64,000 nucleotides of DNA from Parasegetibacter sp. NRK P23 (GCF_023721715.1 NZ_JAMDLG010000001.1:3857655-3921654); one strand, 5' to 3'; positions 1 through 10,328 are shown, counted from the stretch's first letter. Program-made: numbers and translations. Notes: generated by a model from the sequence alone, not told the origin.

Positions 1-627
1 CATAAATAATTCCATTTCTTCTCCCGTAAGTTCAGTTAACCTTCTTACGTAAGATTTGGAATAGCGGTAGTCGATGTATTTCTCCTGTTCTTCTTCTATC
101 AATCTTTCCTGCAACGAAAGCATCCGTTTGTTCTTTTTGAAACTGAACATATTGATCAATGCCCCAAGGTCAAGTCCAACGCCTACGGCTCCGGAATTCG
201 GCGGGGCAATAGAAGTACCGAAAGAAGGTTTGTTATAGTTGAAAATCTTCGCATAGTTCTCCCTGTTACTCAGGGAATCAAACTTATAACTGTGCTTCCA
301 TACGGTAATGGTGGGCAGCACATCGGATTTCACCTGAATAGAGACGTCGAAAGTAAGTGGGTTGGGAATTGTTCTGACGGCATAACGGGGCGTTGACTTT
401 CCCTGGTACGAGAACCAGATAGAATCTTTTTCTGCCAGTACAAGCTTGTACCTGCCCAACGAATCGGAACTTACGCCTTGTCCGGAACTACCGATTACGC
501 TTACGCCTTCCAGCGGAATCTTCTGCGAGATATCGAATACTTTACCCTGTACGGCTATCTGCGCAAAGCTGCAATAACAATTTCCGGCCAGCAACACTAA
601 AAAGAAGGATCGTAAAAATATTTTCAA
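1..627 (-). CDS. hypothetical secreted protein, partial (C-terminus runs off the window start). N-terminal signal peptide and a CarboxypepD_reg-like motif (VQGKVFDISQKIPLEGVSV). TTG start at 627.
   Basis: I translated the reverse strand of 1..627 by hand. It is an open frame with no stop: LKIFLRSFFLVLLAGNCYCSFAQIAVQGKVFD... It is not in the ORF track because it lacks a stop inside the window. Confidence 0.45.
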   Translation of the reverse strand, partial: MKIFLRSFFLVLLAGNCYCSFAQIAVQGKVFDISQKIPLEGVSVIGSSGQGVSSDSLGRYKLVLAEKDSIWFSYQGKSTPRYAVRTIPNPLTFDVSIQVKSDVLPTITVWKHSYKFDSLSNRENYAKIFNYNKPSFGTSIAPPNSGAVGVGLDLGALINMFSFKKNKRMLSLQERLIEEEQEKYIDYRYSKSYVRRLTELTGEEMELFM

Positions 628-733
628 CGCGAGCAAATTTCAGAAACGGAAGATACAATCTAAGCGCCAGCCAGACGCTATCCGTTGATGTTTTACCAAT
701 TTTTTAGGTGGCCGTTGTTCCTTAAATTGCCGC

Positions 734-2122
734 ATGAACTGGAATACCTGCCATGCTCCCGGCCGTTTCGGCCAGAACAATGCCTCGCCTGCGCAAAGAA
801 CACCTTATGAACGGGATTTTGACCGGCTCATTTTTTCTTCCGCGTTCCGAAGGCTCCAGGACAAGACACAGGTATTCCCCTTACCAGGTCCGGTGCTGGT
901 GCACAACCGACTGACGCATTCGCTGGAAGTGGCCAGTGTGGGCCGTTCCATAGGAAAGCTGGCGGGAGAGGAGTTGCTCGCATCCACGGGTGAAACTTTC
1001 TCGGATGCGTCGAAAGAATTTTACGCGTACAATCTATCCAGTGTAATTGCAGCGGCCTGTCTCGCACACGATATTGGCAACCCCTCTTTCGGTCATTCCG
1101 GCGAAGCCGCCATCTCCGCTTATTTTGAATACGCCGCTCCGATGCCACTCAATGGTTCCACGTTGCGCGCGCAGTTTACGGATGCTGAATGGAAGGACCT
1201 CACCAACTTCGAGGGCAATGCCAATTCATTCCGTATCCTCACGCATCCTTATGCGCACCGCCAGCCGGGCGGGTACAGGCTCACGTTCAGCACCCTGGCC
1301 GCCATCGCCAAATATCCGTGTGAGTCTACGGGTACTACAAAAGGTGTCCTGCACAAAAAAAAGTATGGATTCTTCCAGGCCGATAAAGCTGCGTTCTCCA
1401 ACGTTGCCGAACAAACGAATATGATACCCGATGGAAATGCGCCGCTTTCCTGGAAAAGACATCCATTTGTGTTCCTCGTGGAAGCCGCGGATGATATATG
1501 TTACAGAATTATTGATTGGGAGGATGCGCACCGTATCGGCATCCTTGATGCACATACGGCGTCAACGCACCTCATCAACCTGCTGGAAACAGCACCGGAT
1601 GCAACGGCACAAATGCCCGGCATAAAAAGAACGATGGATGAGTTAAAAAATGATCCACGTGAACAACTCGCCTACCTCCGCGCCAAGTGCATCAATTATC
1701 TTGTGGTAACCTGCGCAAAAGCCTTTGCCGGGGAACAGCAAAACCTGCTGAACGGAACACTTGATAAACCGTTGCTGGATTTATTGCCGATCGGCAGTAT
1801 CAACGCCCTCGAAAACATCAACCAGGTCACCATTCAAAAAATTTACAACCATGAGACTGTCGTAAAAATTGAACTGGCGGGTTACGAAGTAATGAAAGCC
1901 CTGTTGGAAGAGTTTATCCCCGCCATGCTCAGTAATTCACCCACGCACAAGCAAAAGAAAATTCTGAAATTGCTGCCTGCGCAGTTTTCAGTAGTCGGCG
2001 AAAGTACGCCTTACTTAAAGGCGCTGAGTGTGGTAGATTTCATTTCAGGCATGACGGACCTTTACGCCATGGAAATGTATAAAAACCTCCGTGGTATAAG
2101 TCTCCCCGTGCATTCCTCCTGA
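734..2122 (+). CDS. dgt: dGTP triphosphohydrolase-like HD-domain protein (dGTPase family)
   Basis: HD motif HNRLTHSLEVASVGRSIG and a conserved N-terminus (RTPYERDFDRLIFSSAFRRLQDKTQVFPL) typical of the Dgt family. Confidence 0.8.
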   Translation: MNWNTCHAPGRFGQNNASPAQRTPYERDFDRLIFSSAFRRLQDKTQVFPLPGPVLVHNRLTHSLEVASVGRSIGKLAGEELLASTGETFSDASKEFYAYNLSSVIAAACLAHDIGNPSFGHSGEAAISAYFEYAAPMPLNGSTLRAQFTDAEWKDLTNFEGNANSFRILTHPYAHRQPGGYRLTFSTLAAIAKYPCESTGTTKGVLHKKKYGFFQADKAAFSNVAEQTNMIPDGNAPLSWKRHPFVFLVEAADDICYRIIDWEDAHRIGILDAHTASTHLINLLETAPDATAQMPGIKRTMDELKNDPREQLAYLRAKCINYLVVTCAKAFAGEQQNLLNGTLDKPLLDLLPIGSINALENINQVTIQKIYNHETVVKIELAGYEVMKALLEEFIPAMLSNSPTHKQKKILKLLPAQFSVVGESTPYLKALSVVDFISGMTDLYAMEMYKNLRGISLPVHSS

Positions 2123-2142
2123 GCCGTGTATATTTCTGCCCA

Positions 2143-2301
2143 TCATGGGGTTCTTCCCCTGATCAGAGAAATAAGGAACAGCACGATGAAAATGAAAAAC
2201 AGGATTTTGGCGATACCGGCGGCACTGGCGGCTATCCCGGTAAATCCCAGTATTCCCGCAATGATTGCGACAACCAGGAAAATGATGGTCCAGCGTAACA
2301 T
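2143..2301 (-). CDS. DUF1328-family small membrane protein (~52 aa), not in the ORF track
   Basis: Manual reverse translation gives [52 protein letters not shown]. This is a near-canonical DUF1328 sequence. It overlaps the weaker + strand ORF 2126..2326. Confidence 0.55.
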   Translation of the reverse strand: MLRWTIIFLVVAIIAGILGFTGIAASAAGIAKILFFIFIVLFLISLIRGRTP

Positions 2302-2343
2302 AAGCTTATTTTCGCTTATATATTAAAATATGGTGCCATCTGA

Positions 2344-3015
2344 TCAGTTCACCAGTAGCCCATTTTTTATGGCGAAAAGGATCAGACCAACCCGGCTGTT
2401 CACCCCTGTTTTTTCAAACACCGCATCCCGGTAGCTGTCTACCGTGCGGGGTGAAACGTTCATCAATTCCGCGATTTCCTTGTGACTCATTTCCGTGCAG
2501 GCGTGCTTAAAGAATTCCAGCTCTCTTTCTGTAAAAGAAGAGGTGAAATCCATTTCGTTTTCTTTTCCATCTTTTTTGAGCAGCACGTAACGGAAGAGTT
2601 TGTTGCTCACGAGGTCGTTGATAAAATAATCATCGTTCCGGATCTGATCCAGGGCCTGTTTCACAACAGAAGGCTTGCTGTCTTTCAGGATAAAACCGCG
2701 TGCGCCTCTTTTGAGCATCCTGATGATTGCGGTATCATTGTCCAGCATACTCAGCACAAGTACTTTCGTTTCCGGCAGATTGTTTTGAATCCATTCCGCT
2801 GTTTCGTACCCGTTCATTTCGGGCATGGTGATGTCCAGTAGTACAATATCCGGGTGGTGTGGCCCTTTGAGCTGAGCGATAAAGTCTTTTCCGTTGTCGG
2901 CCTCGAAAAGCACCTTATACCCATCGAATTCGTTGATAAGATTGGCCAGTCCGTGCCGGAGCAGTGCATGATCATCAACAAGGGCTATAAAACAAGTGGT
3001 GGATGGTTGCGCCAT
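2344..3015 (-). CDS. response regulator, NarL/FixJ (LuxR-type HTH) family
   Basis: N-terminal REC domain (LVDDH...DIVLLDITMPEMNG) and C-terminal LuxR HTH (LTERELEFFKHACTEMSHKEIAELMNVSPRTVDSYR). Confidence 0.85.
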   Translation of the reverse strand: MAQPSTTCFIALVDDHALLRHGLANLINEFDGYKVLFEADNGKDFIAQLKGPHHPDIVLLDITMPEMNGYETAEWIQNNLPETKVLVLSMLDNDTAIIRMLKRGARGFILKDSKPSVVKQALDQIRNDDYFINDLVSNKLFRYVLLKKDGKENEMDFTSSFTERELEFFKHACTEMSHKEIAELMNVSPRTVDSYRDAVFEKTGVNSRVGLILFAIKNGLLVN

Positions 3016-3024
3016 GGCTTAAAT

Positions 3025-3792
3025 TTAAGTAAGGTTAATGAACACGGTGGTTCCTTTTTGGGGAAATGAATTAAATTGTATGGTAGCGCCTATGAGTTCG
3101 GCTCTTTTGTGCAGGCCCGTTATTCCGATTCCTTTGCCTTGTTTTTCATTTTGTTCGAACCCGATGCCGTTATCGGAAACGGCAATGCTGTATTGACCTT
3201 TCTCACCAGATATGGCTACGGAAACTTCTGTTGCGGCGGCGTGTTTCAGAATATTGTTGATGATTTCCTGGATCATGCGCAGCAGGAAGATAGATTTTTC
3301 TTCCGCGATTTCCATTCCATCACTATCATCCCTAAACGAAGTTTTAAACCGGCCTGATCTTTCAAGATAGGCGAGTTGCTGTTGTATCACATTGGCCAAA
3401 CCAGTTTCAACAAGGTATTTGGTATTCAGGCTATGACTAAGGCTTCTGAGGTCGCCAATGGCTTTTCCCAGCAGTTCATCGGCGCTGTTCACCTTAGCTT
3501 CATTGGCTCCGGCTCCCAACGTGTTCAGTTGTAAACGAACCAGGCTGAGCGCCTGGCCGATATTATCATGAATTTCCCCACTGATCTGGTTGAAGGTGGC
3601 CTCCTGTATTTCCAGTTGAGATTGGAGGAGCGCCTTTTCGTACGTACGTTGCAGGGCTTCTTTCTCCCGGATATGATCACTCTTTTTCCTGTTGTACTGC
3701 ACGAACAGCAGGAAAAAGAAAATCACGATCAGCATCAGCGTTGCCGATCCGATAAATATAAACCAGAGGAAGAATCCGGACGATAGCACCAT
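3025..3792 (-). CDS. sensor histidine kinase (HisKA_3 + HATPase_c). One TM helix only. The true start is possibly the internal Met at 3735.
   Basis: H-box GEIHDNIGQALSLVRLQL, coiled-coil linker, and C-terminal ATPase motifs (DNGIGF, GIGITGL). Confidence 0.8.
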   Translation of the reverse strand: MVLSSGFFLWFIFIGSATLMLIVIFFFLLFVQYNRKKSDHIREKEALQRTYEKALLQSQLEIQEATFNQISGEIHDNIGQALSLVRLQLNTLGAGANEAKVNSADELLGKAIGDLRSLSHSLNTKYLVETGLANVIQQQLAYLERSGRFKTSFRDDSDGMEIAEEKSIFLLRMIQEIINNILKHAAATEVSVAISGEKGQYSIAVSDNGIGFEQNEKQGKGIGITGLHKRAELIGATIQFNSFPQKGTTVFINLT

Positions 3793-4409
3793 ATAACACC
3801 TACGTATATGAGCACAAATCTAATCATATTTGCCACCTGCTGAATCTTCCAGGAAATAATGGCGTCCGATTCCGGTAACAATTCCCTGTACTTATAGGCG
3901 GAAAGCGTCAGCACACTCACTACGCTGTAAAAGAGAAAACCGCTTACGATCCAGAACCCCGCAAGTTTCTGAAAATGCAGGATATTATCGTCTTTCGCCA
4001 ACCGGATAAAATACCTGAAACAAAAAACGGTACATATCAGGTTCAATACCCCGGCTGCATTGCTGTTGAAGCTGGTGAACAAAGGTTCCCAGAAAATGAG
4101 ATTCAGCACCGTGAAACACAGGAAGAGCGAAAGCACCACGTTGATGTACTTGTACTTTTCCGGTGAAAGGGTGTTGATAAGGTGAAGCACCAGGATGGCT
4201 TCCAACATGGTGAACAAGTGGTAGATATACAGGTTGTGTAGTCCCTGATCAGCCAGCAGGTTACCGTAACCCATCAACAGAAAGGAAACAAGTGAATAGG
4301 CTAAAAGCCATCCTGCTCCCGGCTGCCATTTCCTGATATATACGATCAGCAAAATGGCGGCCAGCAGCGGGAAAGTGGTATCGGAATAGTTTAAAAAAAA
4401 ATTCTCCAT
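3735..4409 (-). CDS. polytopic membrane protein (6-7 TM). It is probably the detached sensor/membrane module of the downstream kinase.
   Basis: Very hydrophobic with multiple TM segments. It overlaps the kinase ORF by 58 nt in a different frame. Confidence 0.6.
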   Translation of the reverse strand: MENFFLNYSDTTFPLLAAILLIVYIRKWQPGAGWLLAYSLVSFLLMGYGNLLADQGLHNLYIYHLFTMLEAILVLHLINTLSPEKYKYINVVLSLFLCFTVLNLIFWEPLFTSFNSNAAGVLNLICTVFCFRYFIRLAKDDNILHFQKLAGFWIVSGFLFYSVVSVLTLSAYKYRELLPESDAIISWKIQQVANMIRFVLIYVGVIWCYRPDSSSGLYLSDRQR

Positions 4410-4414
4410 TTACA

Positions 4415-4864
4415 TTATAGCACCGGTGGTGCAGTTCTTCCCGTATTAAGGATATTCGGATCGCTGCAATTCGACGGACAGGGCCGCTCGTTCGCCAGCG
4501 GATCACTTATCGGGTTGGTTACACCGAGATCTGTATCAGGTCCCGGAATATTGTAATCGTTGTAGATTACATGCCCGTTCTCCACTAGTTTATCCACGGC
4601 CACCACCACCAGTGTGGTCAGTCTTTCACCACCCTCGGTTTTCTCGCCGATATAGATCCGGATGCCATCCAGGTCCAGGCCATCCTGGGTTAATAACTCA
4701 TTCAAATCTTCTTTGGTGAGAAGAATCGCTTTCACTTTACTTTCCACAGGAACATCCAATGTTTCTAAATAATCACGGTAAGCTGCGCATTGGTCCACAG
4801 CTTCCTGCCAGGTTGGTCTTGACATAGCACTTACGGTTTTTTTTGGTTTAAAAGGTTGAGGCAA
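4415..4864 (-). CDS. hypothetical protein, first gene of the two-component operon
   Basis: 149-aa ORF. Its stop lies 6 nt upstream of the membrane-protein start, so the orientation is operonic. No recognisable motif. Confidence 0.45.
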   Translation of the reverse strand: MPQPFKPKKTVSAMSRPTWQEAVDQCAAYRDYLETLDVPVESKVKAILLTKEDLNELLTQDGLDLDGIRIYIGEKTEGGERLTTLVVVAVDKLVENGHVIYNDYNIPGPDTDLGVTNPISDPLANERPCPSNCSDPNILNTGRTAPPVL

Positions 4865-5186
4865 TTTAAAGCGGAAGCGGCGGGTAAATCAAAAATGTTT
4901 TTTAAAAAAGCCGGAAAGCCAGGAAATAGAGGAAAAAAACGCAGTTTTTCCCGTAAAGACACCGTGCAGGCCATCCGTTATTTAACGGATAACAAATCCC
5001 GTGACTTCACCATTGCCAGGTAAATGAGACCTGCCGACCTTTGAATCCAATCAGCCACCATACTCCAGCTTTCTTTACCATTAAGCCAATCCTTCGTGTG
5101 AAGCATATATGAAACCTTTAAACAGGTTACCATGTATGCTTTTTTGTTGTCTCTAATTTGTACCTTTCTGCAATAAATCCATTGCA

Positions 5187-5894
5187 ATGAACCTGAAAAA
5201 CTTTACAACATTTTGTTTCGCAGTCCTGCTGATGGGACTTTCCACCCGTGCGCAGGACAATCCCGTAGGCGCGTGGAAAACTGAAGTCAACAACGCTACG
5301 GCAGTTCTTATTATAACGCCCGGGTATTTTTCCCAGACACATTTTGACCTTCCCGGAAAAAAATTCATAGCCAGCTACGGCGGCACCTGGAAGGTGACCG
5401 ATAACGGAGAAGTGGAAGCCATGATCGAATTCAATACTCTGGAGAAAAACCAGGTAGGCGAAAAACTGACCATCTCCGGAGACATGCACGATGGTAAACT
5501 GGTGACCGCCAAGGGCTCCGATAAACTGGAATGGACACGCGTAGATGATGGCGCGGGCCCCCTCTCCGGCGACTGGCGCATTTCCGGCAGAGAACAGGAT
5601 GGAAAGATCAACACCATTAATCCCGGCGCGCGAAAAACCGTTAAGATACTTTCAGGTACCCGTTTCCAATGGATCGCGATCAATACACAAACCGGAGAGT
5701 TCTTCGGAACAGGCGGCGGAACCTATACTTTTGAAAACGGGAAATACACGGAAAATATTGAGTTCTTCTCCCGCGACAGTTCCAGGGTGGGCGCCACACT
5801 TACATTCAATGGAAAAGTAGAAGGCAACAACTGGGACCACAGCGGACTGAGTTCTAAAGGAGAGCCCATCCATGAAATATGGACCAGGCAGTAA
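5187..5894 (+). CDS. secreted hypothetical protein with internal duplication (lipocalin-like?)
   Basis: Signal peptide MNLKNFTTFCFAVLLMGLSTRAQ. Two similar halves (TW..NG..). A strong terminator follows. Confidence 0.65.
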   Translation: MNLKNFTTFCFAVLLMGLSTRAQDNPVGAWKTEVNNATAVLIITPGYFSQTHFDLPGKKFIASYGGTWKVTDNGEVEAMIEFNTLEKNQVGEKLTISGDMHDGKLVTAKGSDKLEWTRVDDGAGPLSGDWRISGREQDGKINTINPGARKTVKILSGTRFQWIAINTQTGEFFGTGGGTYTFENGKYTENIEFFSRDSSRVGATLTFNGKVEGNNWDHSGLSSKGEPIHEIWTRQ

Positions 5895-5919
5895 CATGTA
5901 CGTTATTTCCTCATTGGAG

Positions 5920-5967
5920 CCGGAAAAAATATAGGTTGATCCCCCCTATTTTTTCCGGTTTTTTTTC
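5920..5967 (+). terminator. rho-independent terminator
   Basis: About 14-bp imperfect stem ccggaaaaaatatagg...cctattttttccgg followed by T8. Confidence 0.7.
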
Positions 5968-5984
5968 GACTTTAGCCCAAACCT

Positions 5985-8207
5985 TTGCACATGAAACCTT
6001 CTCTTCTCCTTATCCTGCTGGCCGTTTGCGCTTTTTCCCGCGCACAAACCGTCAATTATAAACTAAACGCCGGGTTTGAAGCGGATCCCGCCAATGGTGT
6101 ACTCCGAGAATGGAACTGGTACAACTCAACTGGTTATGAAGGCGGTATTGATTCCACTGTAAGCTATTCCGGCAAAAACGCTTTTTATATTAAAAGCACC
6201 ACTGCTCCAAACCCTGCGCAATATGGTGCGATGGGCATCAATATTCCCGCGAGGAAAGGGCAGCAACTGACGATGGAAGGTTACCTGAAACTGGAAAATG
6301 TACAGAACGGCTTAGCGGGTTTTTACCTCGCCATCATCGGCAAAAACGGCACGATTCAGAAAACAGATCTTTCAGAGAGCGGTGTATCGGGAACACAACC
6401 CTGGAAAAAATACAAAGTTTCTATTCCCTTAAGTGCCGATGCACGTACTGTAAATGTAGCGGCCGTAATGGCGGGACAAGGGCAACTATGGATTGACGAT
6501 ATCACACTTTCTATAGATGGAAAACCTTTTGAACAATCGGATACCGTATCAGCACCGTTGGCTGAATCGGATACATCCTTTTCAAATGGCTCACGTATAA
6601 ATGAAATTGCCCCGTCGGCGGCTACTAACGCCGCGCTTGTTTTGCTGGGCCAGGTGTGGGGCTTTGTGAAATACCATCATCCCGCGGTAGCGGCCGGAAA
6701 CTTTAACATGGACGCGGAACTTTTTCGTTTCATGCCCATCTACCTCGCAACTGCTCAACCTGCTGATCAGCAACGCCTGCTGTACAACTGGGTTAAAAAG
6801 TTCGGCGCGGTGAAAACAAAAAAGGATACGGCGCTATCCCTCAAACCATTCCTCGAAACGGATATTTCCTGGCTAACGGAGCAATCGCTGGGAAAGGAAC
6901 TGCATCAATTGTTGCGCGATATTTACCACGCGGAACGTAAGAACCAGCATTACTACATTGCCATGGCGCAAGGTGTGGGTAACCCGGTTATCAAAAATGA
7001 GCTCCCCTACGCAAAAATGCACTTTTCAGATGCGGGACTTCGCATACTCGCGCTGTACCGGTATTGGAACCTGATACAATACTTCTTCCCTTATCGCAAC
7101 CTGTTGGAGGAGAACTGGAACACAACATTGGAGTGCTTTGTTCCACGTTTCGCTTATGCTACTTCTGAAAAGGAATACAAACTAGCCTTACTTCAACTGA
7201 TCGGAAGTATTCATGATACCCATGCGAATGTGTGGGGCAATGAAGCTGTTCTGGCCGAATTCTTTGGCAAAAGATATGGACCGCTCTCCGTGGTATTCGT
7301 GGAAGATAAACCCGTGGTAACAGGATACCTCAACGATTCCCTTGGAAAGAAGACCGGAATATTGCCCGGTGATGTGATTGAAAAAATAAACGGCATTCCC
7401 GCGAATGAGTTGGTGCAGAACCGCATTCCTTATTTTCCCGCATCGAACCTGCCCACAAAAATGCGTGATATAGGACGTGATTTTTTACGGTCGAATGATT
7501 CCACATTGTCCGTTACTTTCAACAGGGATGGGAAGTCTTTTGAAAAGATGATCCCAACGTATACACCCATGCAAGTGAATGTGTATAAAAGGTATTCAGC
7601 TAAAGATACCTGTTTTGGTATGGCTGCACCTGGCATTGCCTGGATATACCCGGGTAAAATAAAGAATGCTTACCTGCCGGCCATAAAAAATGAACTGAAA
7701 AACACAAAAGGCCTGATCATCGACCTGCGCTGCTATCCTTCAGATTTTACGGTGTTTACGTTGGGCGGCTTCCTGGTTCCGAAGTCCACGCCATTTGTGA
7801 AGTTCTCATTTGGTGGTATCCTGATGCCAGGCACGTTCTACCAGGGACAACAACTTAATATTGCACCGACAGATTCCCATACCTACAAAGGAAAGGTTGT
7901 GATTCTCATCAACGAACTTACGCAAAGCCAGGCCGAATATACTACGATGGCATTCAGAACCGCACCTGGAGCTCTGGTGCTGGGCAGTACAACCGCTGGC
8001 GCAGATGGAAATGTTTCCGGCTTCATTCTTCCGGGGAATGTGAGCACCATGTTCAGCGGGATTGGCGTTTATTATCCTGATGGCCGGGAAACACAGCGTG
8101 TGGGCATAATACCGGATATTGAATGTAAGCCAACCATCGCGGGGATAAAAGCGGGCAGAGACGAACTCATGGAAAAGGCAATCGAACTAATCAACAAAGA
8201 AAGATAA
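5985..8207 (+). CDS. S41-family peptidase (tail-specific/tricorn-core-like) with N-terminal CBM-like beta-sandwich and a PDZ domain
   Basis: Signal peptide. PDZ motif (ILPGDVIEKINGIPANEL). S41 catalytic region (LINELTQSQAEYTTMAFRTAPGALVLGSTTAGADG). Confidence 0.75.
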   Translation: MHMKPSLLLILLAVCAFSRAQTVNYKLNAGFEADPANGVLREWNWYNSTGYEGGIDSTVSYSGKNAFYIKSTTAPNPAQYGAMGINIPARKGQQLTMEGYLKLENVQNGLAGFYLAIIGKNGTIQKTDLSESGVSGTQPWKKYKVSIPLSADARTVNVAAVMAGQGQLWIDDITLSIDGKPFEQSDTVSAPLAESDTSFSNGSRINEIAPSAATNAALVLLGQVWGFVKYHHPAVAAGNFNMDAELFRFMPIYLATAQPADQQRLLYNWVKKFGAVKTKKDTALSLKPFLETDISWLTEQSLGKELHQLLRDIYHAERKNQHYYIAMAQGVGNPVIKNELPYAKMHFSDAGLRILALYRYWNLIQYFFPYRNLLEENWNTTLECFVPRFAYATSEKEYKLALLQLIGSIHDTHANVWGNEAVLAEFFGKRYGPLSVVFVEDKPVVTGYLNDSLGKKTGILPGDVIEKINGIPANELVQNRIPYFPASNLPTKMRDIGRDFLRSNDSTLSVTFNRDGKSFEKMIPTYTPMQVNVYKRYSAKDTCFGMAAPGIAWIYPGKIKNAYLPAIKNELKNTKGLIIDLRCYPSDFTVFTLGGFLVPKSTPFVKFSFGGILMPGTFYQGQQLNIAPTDSHTYKGKVVILINELTQSQAEYTTMAFRTAPGALVLGSTTAGADGNVSGFILPGNVSTMFSGIGVYYPDGRETQRVGIIPDIECKPTIAGIKAGRDELMEKAIELINKER

Positions 8208-8237
8208 ATTACTATTTTAGTTGTTAAACCCCTTTCC

Positions 8238-10310
8238 ATGAACGCAACCGTTTCGGCGTCCTTCCAGCAACAGGCAACCAGAGCCGTTTCTTCCATTGTA
8301 TTATTTGTGTTGGTATACCTCTTCCTCTTTATTGCCGTGCTCGGCCTTTCGGTGCTTTGTGTGTACGGTGGGGTGATGCTCATTCTCGCAAAGCCCTCTT
8401 TTATTACGCTGATGCTTGGCGGTGGAATGGTGGGCCTGGCTTTTTTTGTGTTCTACTTCATCATAAAATTCCTTTTTTCAAGAAATAAAGTAGACCGCTC
8501 CGCGCTGCTGGAAGTGTCTGCAACGGAAGAACCGGCGCTCTTCGAGTTTATCCGTGAAACCGCGGCTGAAACGGGAACGCCACTTCCCAAAAAAGTTTAC
8601 CTCTCATCCGATGTGAATGCCTGTGTGTTTTATGATTCGGGTTTCTGGAGCATGTTGCTCCCCATCAAAAAAAACCTGCAGATAGGCGTTGGCCTCGTAA
8701 ACAGTGTTACGGTTTCCGAACTAAAAGCCATCATCGCCCATGAGTTCGGACATTTCAGTCAGCGAAGCATGAAAGTGGGAAGCTATGTATACCACGTGAA
8801 CCACGTGATGTACAATATGCTCAATGATAATGAATCGTACAACAACATGATCGGCCGTTTTGCGAACATGAGCGGATATTTTTCTTTTTTTGCGGGTATC
8901 GCTGTGAAAATCGCAAACGGCATACAATGGGTGCTGCACAAAATGTACGGGTTTGTAAACTTGCGCTACATGGCGCTTTCCAGGGAGATGGAGTTCCACG
9001 CCGATGAAGTGGCCGCTTACGCCGCCGGATCAAAACCACTGGTCACTTCTTTGCTTCGACTTGATCTTTCCGCGCAGGCGCTCGATGAAACGCTTGATTT
9101 CTACAGCAGACGGATTCCGGAAAACATTACTTCCGGAAATGTATACCCGCACCACCGTTTTGTGATGCAACGCCTCGCGCATACTTCAGGTGTTCAGTTG
9201 CAACACGGTCTGCCTGATGTTACAATGGACTTCCTGAGCAGGTTCAACAAATCAAAACTGGTGGTAAAGAACCAGTGGGCCTCTCATCCGGAAACAGAAG
9301 AGCGCATCGGGAAACTTGAAATACTTGCGGTGGAAAAAGAGCAGAACAATGCAGGTGCCTGGAGCCTTTTTAAATCGCCAGCCGCCACACAGGAAAAGAT
9401 GAACGCGGTACTCTTTTCGGCCGTGTCTTATACGGAGGAGCCTGCACAACTTTCAGAGAAAGAATTCAGCTCAGCTTACATCGCCGATGCTGAAAGGTTC
9501 CGCTACCACCCGGTTTTCAATGGGTATTATGATAACAGAACCCTGAAGGCGGAAGACCTGGAACAGGTATTGAAAGAAGCTCCTGCCGATATGCCGGATG
9601 AAGCAGCCACTATTTTTTCCGCTGAAGTCGCGGAGGAAATAAGCGTACTGAATGCGCTGGAAAGCGATATCCGTTCGCTGGAAACAATCGCCGCCGGGAA
9701 TACAGGAATCAAGACGTTCGATTATAACGGTATCCGTTACACGGAAAAAGAAGCGGCTGTCGTTTTGGAAGACGCGAAAAAACAGCAGGAGATGCTGGAA
9801 GCTAAATTGCGACAACACGATCTGCTTGCGCTGAAGTTCTTTTACGCGAACGCACGCCGTTCCGGAAACGAGACACAATGGAAAGAAAGGTACAACAGGT
9901 TTTTTGAGGTGGAAGCAGCATTTAAAGCCGCGGTGGAAGAACACAATGCCTACCTTGCCACAACTGAATTTATGCGTGAAACCCAATCGTATGAGTTTAT
10001 TGAAGCAAATATGGAAGTTTTAAAACAAAAGGAAGCTCCGCTCAAAGAAAAGATGCGCAGGATATTTGAAAGCGAAGAACACCGCGCGTTAATGACGGCT
10101 TATGAAAAAGCCGCGCTGGAAAAATACCTGTCCTGCGAATGGACCTATTTCATACGTCCCGATTATTATAACGATGCGCTCGGCGTAATGTATGAAGCGC
10201 TGCAGTCTTACTACAATACAGTTTTCAATTTTTACAGAATGAAAAGAAAAGAGCTTTTCGATGGGCAGGCGGCCGGGATTTTAACGCCTGCCGAACCAAA
10301 TTTTACCTAA
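8238..10310 (+). CDS. M48-family zinc metallopeptidase (HtpX/Ste24-like). N-terminal TM helices and a long C-terminal helical/coiled-coil extension.
   Basis: HExxH motif in IIAHEFGHFSQR. Downstream EFHADE. Two or more N-terminal TM segments. Confidence 0.75.
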   Translation: MNATVSASFQQQATRAVSSIVLFVLVYLFLFIAVLGLSVLCVYGGVMLILAKPSFITLMLGGGMVGLAFFVFYFIIKFLFSRNKVDRSALLEVSATEEPALFEFIRETAAETGTPLPKKVYLSSDVNACVFYDSGFWSMLLPIKKNLQIGVGLVNSVTVSELKAIIAHEFGHFSQRSMKVGSYVYHVNHVMYNMLNDNESYNNMIGRFANMSGYFSFFAGIAVKIANGIQWVLHKMYGFVNLRYMALSREMEFHADEVAAYAAGSKPLVTSLLRLDLSAQALDETLDFYSRRIPENITSGNVYPHHRFVMQRLAHTSGVQLQHGLPDVTMDFLSRFNKSKLVVKNQWASHPETEERIGKLEILAVEKEQNNAGAWSLFKSPAATQEKMNAVLFSAVSYTEEPAQLSEKEFSSAYIADAERFRYHPVFNGYYDNRTLKAEDLEQVLKEAPADMPDEAATIFSAEVAEEISVLNALESDIRSLETIAAGNTGIKTFDYNGIRYTEKEAAVVLEDAKKQQEMLEAKLRQHDLLALKFFYANARRSGNETQWKERYNRFFEVEAAFKAAVEEHNAYLATTEFMRETQSYEFIEANMEVLKQKEAPLKEKMRRIFESEEHRALMTAYEKAALEKYLSCEWTYFIRPDYYNDALGVMYEALQSYYNTVFNFYRMKRKELFDGQAAGILTPAEPNFT

Positions 10311-10328
10311 CTTCACGTTTCACAAATG

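Noticed and set aside
2126-2326. 66-aa + strand ORF
   Set aside because: It is replaced by the DUF1328 gene on the opposite strand.
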